From contig ADNK01002058.1 of assembly GCA_000320545.1 (NCBI GenBank), positions 124,001-188,000 of the forward strand: a DNA stretch of 64,000 nucleotides, written 5' to 3'. Origin of the DNA: Bigelowiella natans CCMP2755 (taxonomy: Eukaryota; Protista; Cercozoa). This document shows, piece by piece, positions 37,801-46,975 of this stretch (its first letter is position 1; the number at the start of each line of letters is the position of its first letter). The notes under the pieces were generated by a model that worked only from the letters and a program-made list of their open reading frames with translations, searched no databases and was not told the DNA's origin. The translations under genes and the position numbers were made by a program.

Positions 37801-40385
37801 CCATGGTAGGAGTTGTCAGGAAAAATGGCAAACATTACCCAGACCCGAAGAGGATGTATCCCCTGGATGCACTCCAACCACCTAAAAAGGGAGCACGATT
37901 CCTCAAATCGGTGCAACGCATCATAGGATTATTCATCTATTATCTACGATACGTTAAAGACTTCTGGAATATTATTCGACCTATCAGCATCCTGAATTCA
38001 AAAACAGCTCCACAAGTCTGGGGAAAAGAACAACAGATGGCTTTAGATGCTGCGAGGGACATGCTGAAGTCTTCGTCTTTGCACATACCTAAGTTCGAAC
38101 ACATTACCCGTGAGAGTCCATTCCTTGTGGATGTGGATGCGTCTAAATATGCTGGTGGAGCTACTCTGTCTCAAGTAGTTGATGGGGTGGAGCGCCTCAC
38201 ATGTTGCTTCAGCTTCACCTGGCGCAAACATCAGATAAAATGGCACGCAATAAGAAAAGAATTTGACAACGGTGCTAGGAGTCTGGACTACTTCAGTATC
38301 TTCATCAAGGGATTTCCAACGCGTGTAAGAATGGATGCAAAGGTTGCCATGCACATGGTGGTACATGGACAAGATCAATTACGCGAACCTTGCACCAGAA
38401 TCTCCGTAGCTCATAACTCGTACATGCTAGTGGGTGTTGAATACAGAGAGGGCCCGAGCCACAAAAATGCGGATTGCATTGGTAGGCCTGGACACAGTGT
38501 TGAAGATGATGCGGATAAAGAAACACTGGTCAATCTCTTCCCTCTCCACCATGCTTCGGCAATGCTCAAATACTTTGGTGATGAATTAAAAAATAGTGCC
38601 TGCTTGAGCTGTAACCAACCGGCAGTTGGATGCCATCCCACAGATGCAGAGGTTAAACTTACTTGCTCACAACTGTGTTATGATGTGGCGAAGAAGGTGG
38701 GCTTTGACGAGTCCAAGTTTCGCATCCTTTTCAAAAGGATAAACACAAAAAACAAATCAAACCAGAGCAAGCTTACTCCTGAAGTTAATGCTGCGCGCTT
38801 CGACGGGGACTCAATGATCCACCCGTGCTCTACGTTAGCGCATGAAGCAGATGAACATGTGGAGAACTGTGACACAATGGAATACGGAATGGAGTTCTCA
38901 CCTTTACAGTCGGACAGTGTGGAGGTGGAGCTCAAGTGCGACATGTTGTCTGAGCGCCTACCTGCAGAACAACGGGCAGAGTTCACTAAAACATTCGCAG
39001 CTCTAGAAAATAAAGGCAATCCAAATCATGCTCTTACTACGGCACAATGCAAAATTGTGGACAACACCTTGCACAAGTACGGCGACTGTGAGAACGACGA
39101 CCACAGTATCCCTTTGCTCATTGTGGTTCCTAATCAATGTCGGACTAAAATCATGGACGCCTACCACACAACGAATCTTGCAAATCACAGACATGCAAAT
39201 GACATGGCAACAAAAATCCTGCAAGCATGTTGCTGGAAAGGCTTGACGCATTCATGCAAAAAATGTGTTGCAACCTGTCAGGTGTGCATCAGAACAAAAT
39301 CTCGCATGAAGCAATTACCTTACAAGCAGCTACAGATGAGAGGAGTAATGGAAGCCGTATCGATTGATGCTATTGGACGCATAGAAGGAAAGTATCACTA
39401 CACACTGAATGCGTGCATCTTGTCGATAGGATGCATTTTCGCGAAATGCCACAAGAAACTTAACGCTAAAGTTATGGCAGAGTTTCTATTCGACTTCATT
39501 GTCGTGTTTGGTGTACCTCGGAAGATCCTTACTGACCAGGGACCTGAATTTGTGAACAGCGTCATGTTGCACTTGAAGAACAGATTCGGTTTTGTGAAAC
39601 TCACTGCATCGAGTAAATCCAAAACGGGCAACTCACTAATTGAAAGAAAGAACAGAGTGCTTAACAACGGAACATTGGCACAGCTCACACAACAGTCTGA
39701 ATCGAGATACAATTGGCACAAAGAATTACCTCATGCTGTCTTCTCAGCTAATGCTTTGTTGCCTAATGCTCGAGGAAACTCGTACGCTAAGCTCCTGTTC
39801 GGGTTTCAACCTAAGTTGGAAGGAGACTTAAACGGCAAACGTGTACCTATGAGAGAGGAGAAAGTCGGAGACGACATTGACTCTCGCATTCAAATCATGA
39901 AGAAGATGAGACAGTTGTTCCTGACGGATGGATCTGAATGGAGATTCTTGAAAAACTTTGAACGCAATGACAAGATGGGGCAACTAAAACGATGCAAAGT
40001 GGGGGATCTAGTGTGGTTGCACCGTGACGAGGACCGCAAAGGGCATCGTGTTGCTCCGCATTTCGCGCTGAAAAAGACAGGCCCCGTCCTGATCACAGCG
40101 AGCATTGGAGATTCCAACACTTGCAGAGTGGAAGATCCTGAAACAAGTCATCGAAACGCAGTTCATGCAAAGCACTTGTCTCCCTTTGGCACCTTCACAG
40201 CATCACCGGAAGCTGCAGTGCCACCACAGGATGAAGCGTCTTCGTCGGAGAGTGATCAAGATCTGTTCAATGATTCATCGGGGGATGAGGAAGAAGAGGA
40301 TGATGCTGACATCAGTGCACGCAACATTCTGATGCACACTCGTACCCGCAAGGCACCTGATCGTGGAGCCTTCGTGTCACATTGA
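34764..40385 (+). CDS. Gag-Pol polyprotein, 1873 aa (2x CCCH fingers, aspartic protease, RT, RNase H, integrase); probably inactivated by missense changes
   Basis: Protease LLDDGS...FDFIIGQD; RT DAKSGWPQI, LPFGCKNAP, HVDD; RNase H VDVDASKYAGGATLSQ; integrase H..H..CQVC, SIDAIG, TDQGPEF, NSLIERKNR, GP motif and VHAKHLSP. Confidence 0.95.
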   Translation: MSGDELASLAETEADTGRLLSVVADGSGAVEGKEKVPEVMHIETGGPVAAGATGDLKESNWQEVLLRMEIDKFRMVLEGVSIQEKLAVDFNKDVRSLRDNRSSRRFFMDRCSDKGVPEKTWKCFTENPEVAEDLMDEEDATVAEEKKQNEMREQDIGDYRGMSHRAKAMEIFGKKIKVRGELDPAFIYREKFRKRVRRIQSQIVGHSELFGADMRFGYEFFRTILSQDARDRFDLYVKKQEKERQYQMDHREKLEQGIQHLCGEESPQDTRFGFNKEFDKLRKEKFRFVDQIHSKCKQVCSLFPTYKIDRYDRMNHYKILLQNHRYGRSLLLAMAHYDTTGMTPAELFKQLRIREEIIQESQPKYNSVNAIGMEGNKKKKICFNFHKKGTCRYGNECKYSHEKGGKSNRLCKYIREGKCKWGKRCRFSHDLGDKAANLSKVTVDASYPKVNPSPHPSSNTLNSDWRESGKDVVQTVENDMTELAKVNIPQVNIASKPYNANESLRQRNVLRVFVEGKSGPAEMKALLDDGSQPTTISLQKIKLLSKLGVKMKRTKMSGQVRGLSTTCVRMEGEVEFEIRVKCKTARGGYVRLRIFAIVLDGNVNFDFIIGQDVRNLYRIMSYPDPKPEHRKVTIDGTPVCSYPCTSHLRNANSLILESNLLALPAVAQDTGINEGKRNKAKRLLNSCLVHETLDLLDAADSRLRECDHVCGTGVPDEEIKHSLGKIVSLQYVHRESERTNAELASGDCLRMLNRVEKEFRAGSTLMTSREQLYYLRRVLCRYSSRFVENIPETGELRMPKHEVHDYLLPGKKFMHQKAYRLPPDRLNAMETKLEELEKHGLCYKVSNEEKVIATSPAFPVWDKGKSTCRVVISMKKVNDAVELMYFVMPITENTMRKVMTKNWVISTDAKSGWPQIGCTKKTQMTFVFVTQKCARSSLGLPFGCKNAPQMFAWLMIQIVKGLNDTVVHVDDYYNMGDTFMAALLEFTRFMQRAETKNLYLSAKKLQAFPKELSMVGVVRKNGKHYPDPKRMYPLDALQPPKKGARFLKSVQRIIGLFIYYLRYVKDFWNIIRPISILNSKTAPQVWGKEQQMALDAARDMLKSSSLHIPKFEHITRESPFLVDVDASKYAGGATLSQVVDGVERLTCCFSFTWRKHQIKWHAIRKEFDNGARSLDYFSIFIKGFPTRVRMDAKVAMHMVVHGQDQLREPCTRISVAHNSYMLVGVEYREGPSHKNADCIGRPGHSVEDDADKETLVNLFPLHHASAMLKYFGDELKNSACLSCNQPAVGCHPTDAEVKLTCSQLCYDVAKKVGFDESKFRILFKRINTKNKSNQSKLTPEVNAARFDGDSMIHPCSTLAHEADEHVENCDTMEYGMEFSPLQSDSVEVELKCDMLSERLPAEQRAEFTKTFAALENKGNPNHALTTAQCKIVDNTLHKYGDCENDDHSIPLLIVVPNQCRTKIMDAYHTTNLANHRHANDMATKILQACCWKGLTHSCKKCVATCQVCIRTKSRMKQLPYKQLQMRGVMEAVSIDAIGRIEGKYHYTLNACILSIGCIFAKCHKKLNAKVMAEFLFDFIVVFGVPRKILTDQGPEFVNSVMLHLKNRFGFVKLTASSKSKTGNSLIERKNRVLNNGTLAQLTQQSESRYNWHKELPHAVFSANALLPNARGNSYAKLLFGFQPKLEGDLNGKRVPMREEKVGDDIDSRIQIMKKMRQLFLTDGSEWRFLKNFERNDKMGQLKRCKVGDLVWLHRDEDRKGHRVAPHFALKKTGPVLITASIGDSNTCRVEDPETSHRNAVHAKHLSPFGTFTASPEAAVPPQDEASSSESDQDLFNDSSGDEEEEDDADISARNILMHTRTRKAPDRGAFVSH
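34838..34850 (+). promoter_or_regulatory. Putative primer-binding site (TGGCAGCGGCGCA); tRNA not assigned
   Basis: TGG begins 2 nt downstream of the 5' LTR end, the canonical PBS position. Confidence 0.6.
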
Positions 40386-40483
40386 ACTTGCAATGGAAGT
40401 CCAAGTTTCCAAGTGTTCCGTTCAGTTTGTGCAAGTGCACATGGATTGTTGCATCAAGTTGGTTTTGCGACGTCCGCAAATTC

Positions 40484-40500
40484 AAAAAAGGGGGGAATGA
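40484..40500 (+). promoter_or_regulatory. Polypurine tract
   Basis: aaaaaaggggggaatga immediately precedes the TG of the 3' LTR. Confidence 0.9.
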
Positions 40501-40922
40501 TGTGACGGCGGAAAATTCAAAGGAATTTGACCGTTGAAAGTGGTCAATCAAGTCAAGTTGATCCCGTTGAAATGCCCTGCAGTTTTGGCAGTTTTGGGTT
40601 CAGTTGGTGCTGTTAGTTGATGAGCAAATTGAGTCATCAAATGGGAAGCAAGTGGTTTGGGAAAACCAAGTTTGTGTGCACGTAGCTGCCTCGATCAGTC
40701 AATGGCAGCGAACCCGCATCTGGCAGTCAGTTCGCTAGAAGTTTGGAAGCGGTCAGTGTGTTTGTTTGAGCGTGCACATGCGTGTGTTCTGAAGTCACCA
40801 ATGTCATCAGGGTTTCATTGTTCATTGGAAAGTTTGATTGTTTTTGCTGAATGAGCGGCGACGAGCTTGCTAGTTTGGCAGAGACAGAAGCCGACACTGG
40901 GAGGTTGCTCTCAGTGGTCGCA
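40501..40922 (+). repeat. 3' LTR
   Basis: TGTGAC...GTCGCA, 422 bp, followed by the ATGTG TSD. Confidence 0.97.
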
Positions 40923-40927
40923 ATGTG

Positions 40928-41165
40928 TTGGAGTGCTTTGCACTCAATGCGCGAAGTGCATGCTTGTGGTGGCAGTGGCAACGCCGGCGGGCGTTTGCAG
41001 GCTGCGACAAGCAGTGCAGAATGGGCTGCTGATGCAGGCAGGTTCTGTGCCTGCGACAAGGCAGGACAGTGCTGCATCAGCCATGTGCCAGCAAAGGAAG
41101 TGGGCGCGTCTTCCTTCCTTCTGCAGCACGATGTCGTGCACGTGGTTTCAGGTGATTTCGCCTGA
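40928..41165 (+). pseudogene. Right half of the interrupted degenerate ORF
   Basis: Removing the element and one TSD copy joins ...EEAVFFLKSM|CWSALHSMREVHAC... in one frame up to TGA at 41163-41165. Confidence 0.45.
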
Positions 41166-42735
41166 TGACAGTTGACTTGGTGCATGCATGTGAAAAAGGT
41201 CAAAACATCATCAGAGAATCGAGGCAGCCGCTTGTGCAGCTGTCCTCCTGCCCTTCCTTCCTTCATCCAACTTTGCTGCCAGCCTGGACTCTGCAGCGCG
41301 CCGCCCTCCACTTCCAACAGGTCACGAGCCTGCGCGGCTTCCGCCGCGCGTTCACGCCCAAAAACAATGGTTCAAACAGTTCAGTCTCGAAGAACTGGTT
41401 TGAAGGTGCCACGATGCGAACTTGGTCAGTGATGGTCGGATCGGCAGGTGCTGGTGCACCGAAAATCCAACCAGTCTGGAAAGAATGAATCTGTGTTGGA
41501 ACAAAACGAAGAACAATCACCCATCACTCAAAAAAACAAAAAACTTGCAACCAAGCAAAACAACTTGACAGAGGGGCAAAACCTGAAAAAAAAAAAGTCA
41601 AATCGACCAACTGCAACAAGGAACAAATGGCAAACAAGAACGAAAGCGAAATCAAAGTGTTCCCCAGCAAACACGAAAATGGAATCACAACCACAAAGTT
41701 GTTGTGATCAAATTGAAACTCGAAAGTGAAATTGTGACCACTTGCAACCAAAAAGTTGTTGTCATGATCAAATTGCCCCTTGTTCCCTGGCAAGATTCCC
41801 ATCCCAGGCGTGTGCCATGAAACGAAACAGCGTGCAATTGTCCCTCTGCGCCGCGCTTGCGCCCGCAACACGTCGCGCAACATCGGACAATTGACGGAAA
41901 GTGTCAACCTTTGATGAACACCATTGAACATCAAACAATCAGCATCAGTGTCAATCCCCATTGACACTGAGGATGCAGGATTGTCTGCAAAATCACCGGC
42001 GCCGTCGCCGGTGTGATTCCTGCCCAGTCTCAACAATTGCGAATGCCAGAACTCCGTCTGAAACATCACCCGATCAGGCAACACCCCTCTCGACGCTGTC
42101 TTGCCTCTCCCCACCTCGCACCGACACCTCCCCAGGGTCGTTGCTTGCTCTTCGTCCTCTTCGCATCTCTGCCTCTGCTTCCTTTCGGCCCACCGCCGTT
42201 TGGTTCAATTGCGGAGGAGTGATTGCCGTTTGCCAACTGCAATCCCCTCCGTTTGCTTCCCTCTCTGTCGGTCTCCTGGACTCAATTCGATGCGGAGGCA
42301 ATCCCCTCCGCTCGCTTCCCTCTGTGTCGATTGAACGGAGGCAATCCCCTCCGTTCAATCCCCTCTCCATTGACCACTTGTTGACAACAATGATGCACTT
42401 GCTGCTCCTGTCGCAGCCCCCTTTGGTGACCAACTTGTCACCCCCGTGCCATCACGACAACCCCTTGTCGCAATGACGACCATTGCGACAACCGCTTGTC
42501 GTGATGTGATGGTGGTGATGGTGATGATGACAACCGCAACGACAACCGCTCGTCGTGAGCCGGTCACGTCCCAAGCGCCCCCTGCCAACGGGCCGCTGAA
42601 CAGGCGCCAATGTGGGCGCCAACGCAACGACAATGGCGACAATGGGCGCCCATGAGCGCCACGCTGTGTCCGCATGTCCGCCGCAACCAGGCGCGACGTG
42701 TGTGCATGTGCACATCAGGACGATGCACAACCACA

Positions 42736-43250
42736 TCATCCCCCCTTTCTTTTGAGTTCGCAAGAACTCAAGACGATGCACAAGGTCCGTGGTGAGCCGG
42801 CCTCCTGCTCCTCTTCCCCTCCAGTGGGGGAGGTCCGTCCTCGTCTTCTTCCCCACTGCTCGAAGACTCAGACGGTGAGGAGTCACCACTCTCCTCATCC
42901 GAGCTCACCTCCTCCACCTCAGGTGGAACTCTGAAGCGTCCCAGAGGGCTGAGGTGCTTCGCGTGCACGGTGGCACAGTGCCCAGTCCTCTCGTCTGCCA
43001 CCCGGTGAGTGTCACTCCGTCTGTTGACGGAAACTGTCATGACTGGACCTGTCTTCATCAGGTCACACTTGGTGGTGACGGGATTGCTTTTCCTGCTGTC
43101 CTCCCGGTGAAGCCACACGTGATCCCCCACACCACGGTCTGCACGTTTCGTTTTTGGGCCAGCGTTTCTCGTGAAATTGGCCTTGAACTTGGCCTCGTCT
43201 CGCAAGGCAGCAAACAGCACCCTTGCGTTTTTGGGAAGGCCTGGGTGCAA
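42736..43250 (-). mobile_element. 3' fragment of a second, related gypsy element (integrase C-terminus plus PPT); its 3' LTR starts at 42735 and runs leftward, far boundary not defined
   Basis: VGDHVWLHRED...KTGPV...DTHRVADERTGHCATVHAKHLSPLG aligns with VGDLVWLHRDED...KTGPV...NTCRVEDPETSHRNAVHAKHLSPFG of the full element. Minus-strand aaaagaaaggggggatga|TG mirrors that element's PPT/LTR junction. Confidence 0.85.
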
Positions 43251-43367
43251 GAGCTAGCGGACAGACCTTCACTAGGAAGGCCTGTCAGTCAATCAATCAA
43301 ACATGACTGATGACTGTTGACCAAATGTTTGATGCACACAACAAATTACTACTCATCTGACCGCAGC

Positions 43368-44020
43368 TCACTTGCATTCCAAGCACGCTACGCGCAACAT
43401 CTCCGTGTCCGCGGCGCCAGCTCGGCGCAGTGCAGCCTCTTTTTCTTGCAATTGCTGTGACGATGGTGGGCGCCAGCACGCCGCGCAGTCTGAACGCCAG
43501 TGTGGGCTTGTTGCAGTTGGGCTCTTTTGCGGGCTTGGCGTTGTCGGCGTGTGCAGGTCTTGAACGTCTTCGTGGCAAGTGGACTCATTCAAGTCCTCTT
43601 CGCTCTCGCTTTCTTCTTCGCAATCGTCTGCGCTGTCAAAGTCTGAAAGGTCTGCGCAGTCTCGGTCTCCCAGGAAGCTGGGTGAGACTTCGATTTCGTT
43701 CAGTTTCCTGTTGGGGGAGTTGAGAAGTTCGGACTTCGTGTCGTCTTGTTGGGTGATGGTGGCCGATTTCTCGTCCAGTCCGCTGGCGTGCGGGAGGTTT
43801 CCCTTTTTGGGCACGGGGAAGTTGCTCGCTTGACGGGGGAGCTGATGGGTGAGAAGTTGGAGAGATTGGTGGTCCAGGTGGGCTTCGTGTGCTGCTTTTT
43901 GTCAGCTTGGGGGCCAGTGGTGCTTTTGGGAGCTCCTGCTTGGGCGTCAGATTTGCTGTTGGGCGGACTTGGTGGGTTCGGATCTTTTGGGCCGTTGGAG
44001 TTGGTCAGTTGGTTGGTCAT
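43368..44020 (-). pseudogene. TpA-depleted, frameshifted low-complexity ORF of unknown origin
   Basis: Overlapping ORFs 43700..44020 and 43368..43814; Pro/Ser-rich then acidic; no Tyr. Confidence 0.35.
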
Positions 44021-44059
44021 TCTGTTCGCGCCCTTGACTTCCCAGCTGTGTCAACGATG

Positions 44060-44060
44060 C

Positions 44061-44101
<41 letters not shown>

Positions 44102-44165
44102 CTCCTGACAACAACAACAACAACAACAACAACTCCTGACAACAACAACAACAACAACAAGACAA
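44060..44165. repeat. (CAA)n microsatellite with two identical CTCCTGA interruptions
   Basis: Seen directly in the sequence. Confidence 0.9.
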
Positions 44166-44246
44166 CATGATGCTGCGAGCATTCGAGCAGCACGGACAAT
44201 GACGACGATGATGGATGACAATGATCAGGGACATTAATTGATCGCG

Positions 44247-46501
44247 ATGATCCCAACCCTGGCGTGCCCTCCAGCTGCCCGTGCCTCTTTTCCTTCACCA
44301 CCTCTACCAAACGCCCTAATTTTTGCAAAGTTGCTTCGATCTTATCCAGAAAACTCTGTTCTCAAGGCTAATGTGGTGCTCGGCACGGCAGAAGGCTGCT
44401 TACGTGTGTACTCTCTCGATGCACCCCCATCAACACAGCAGCGAACTGAGACCATGGTAAATCTACGGTCCACGAAATCACAACCGAGTGTGGTAGAAAC
44501 GGAAGAAGAAAAGGGATTTATCAAAAACAATAAATTCATGAACAATTCCATCGGTGTGAAGCGTATGAGAAAAGGTCAAACCCGAATCGGCGACACTGAC
44601 GGCAAATATAACGATACCACCATTCATTCTACACCCGAGCTGAATATTGTCTTCGAATCCGGTTGTACTACATGAAACGATGTTTAATTTCAATTATTTG
44701 CTCCTCCCACGCTGCTCACATTTATTCGAAACAAATCTGCCTGTTAGCATCCCAACCGTCCCAGTATATATTAATTATTCATATAATTAGGAATATATAT
44801 TTTCCATACATAAATGAGAATGTTGGCTGCCTGTGATGATCATATATTTATAAATATATTCCAGAAAATCTCGGCCCCATTTCTGCCATCGTTGCTCCGG
44901 AGCAGCACCATCTTCGTCCTGCTATCATAGCCGCCGGAAATTCTAGTCCCCCCCCTCAAAGACCACCGTTGATGCTTCTTACCTCTGATGGACGTCTACA
45001 TGTTTTTGAATTCTATCATCACAAGGAAAAGAGAGGATGCAATGGAGAAAGGAAAATCAGTAGTCGCAACACAGGCTCTACTGCATCACATACTGCTTCG
45101 CATGAGCGAGCAGAAGGAGTTGTTAAGCTACAGCATCAATCAACACCACCAAAGTTGAACGATCGTGATGATGATTCTGCTTACTATGATGCTAAGGTAG
45201 ATCAGGACGAAAAGGCAGGAGGAAGAGTAAATAAGGTTGCAGAAGGAGTGAAGAAAACAAATGAAGTTCTTGAAGCAGTTACTTCTACGTCCAAATCTGC
45301 TACTACTGATACAGTAATTATGGAAACAAAGACTAGTGTTACAAATACTATTAGCAGCAACACTAGCAACAGCAGCCGAAAATTTTCGTCACAGAATATA
45401 GGAAAGGAAAAGGACAAGAAAAATGACAAGAAGCAAAGGAGGAGATACTACGACTATAAGAAAGTACGGAATCCGAGGATGTTGGTGTGAAATGATGATG
45501 ATGGCGTTAATGGTTGTTAGTAGTTGTGCCAATCAATAGTAACAGATGTAGACCGTAATTATAGAGCATAGATACATATATAATGTAAATTGTAAACACA
45601 CAACACACACACACACACACATATGGGTACAGCAGTAGCGGCAAGTTAGATGGAGCGTTCATTAAAATTGAATTGTTTCATTTATTCACCAGCATTACAA
45701 TCGACTTTTTACATTGCCATATCATCATCATTATCATCATCATCATCATCATCATCATCACCATAATCTTATCATTACAGACAACATTTGCAGTACCAAC
45801 TTCGGGCTTTTCGCTTAGCTGTTACCCAGTTTTAGGCGCATATTCATCATCCGTTTCATCATCATCATCATCATCATCATCATCTCATTCCCGCAATGAC
45901 TACATTTTTTGTGCAATCATCGGCACTTCTACCGGATATATCCATACAATAAATCTCCGCAAAGCAGTCCCCGTCTGGACATCATCATTACCATCATCAT
46001 CATCATCATCATCATCATCACCATGGCATTTAGAAAGGATCAGTAGATATCAAGTTCCAAGCGGTGTGCACACCACTTGTTATTGTACAATTCAACAAGT
46101 ACCATCATCTACATCATCATCGTCATCGTCTCAGATAGACCACCAACAACAAACATATGCATGCCCTGGCTGCTTAACCTCCAGCAGCAGCAGTAGCAGT
46201 AGCAGCAGCAGATGCTACACCAAACCGAGAGGTAATTACTTGGTATTAATTATATGATTGATAGATTGATAAACAGATAGATTGTAGTAAGTAGTGGTAG
46301 TTCTGACTAAAAAAAAATCACTGCAACGAGTGCCCTTACTAAAAAAATCTATAAGCAGATGTAACGAGTACTTATTTCTCATTTATCAGTCCTCTGGTCA
46401 TTGTATTCTTTGTCGTCTAATGATGCTTCATTATTATAACGAATTTTACGAGACAGAGCATTATGTCGCAACAGCACTACCTACTATAGCAGCACTTTCA
46501 C

Positions 46502-46535
<34 letters not shown>

Positions 46536-46908
46536 GTCATCATCTGAGTTTGGATTGTTGTCTACAACAGCAATGGATACGGCGGCAACTACATCAGAGA
46601 TTCATCAATTCTACGATGACCATCAGTTTGGGTGTCCTACTGCAGATATGGCGCGCATAGAATGTGGAGACTCACATAACGAAGAAATTGATAGATTGGC
46701 CAAGCAGGTAATAGGGTTAGGGAGAGAAATAAGAAGAGGGAAGGGGGTTCTTCTATTTGTACCTTCACGATTGTTGCTTCTCGACAAACCATAAGTAGTT
46801 CCGCAGAATAATAGCACTTTACGATAAGTATAGATCAACACTGCTGCCAAAACTTTATGCCTCTTCTAAGAGTAGGCAGCTTAAATAATAAGACACACAT
46901 ACACACAC

Positions 46909-46975
<67 letters not shown>

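Larger units (their letters stand above)
34414..40922 (+). mobile_element. Full-length Ty3/gypsy LTR retrotransposon (6509 bp)
   Basis: Two 422-bp TG...CA LTRs, 5-bp TSD, PBS-like TGG two nt after the 5' LTR, PPT before the 3' LTR, and a single ORF with PR-RT-RH-INT order. Confidence 0.97.

Noticed and set aside
44060-44165. (CAA)n as a converted (TAA)n tract or a telomere seed
   Set aside because: (CAA/TTG)n also occurs in unaffected introns (~15915, ~29360), so it is not diagnostic, and it is not a telomeric motif.
33290-44233. Ordinary methyl-CpG deamination or classical RIP as the cause of the TG/CA excess
   Set aside because: CpG remains abundant and TA is what is missing; conserved Tyr rather than Arg is replaced; no new stops occur in gag-pol. 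A CpG origin for the first LTR doublet alone is not excluded.
40657-44328. Dense overlapping ORFs in all six frames
   Set aside because: Expected when TAA and TAG cannot occur; only the integrase-like frame has recognisable motifs.
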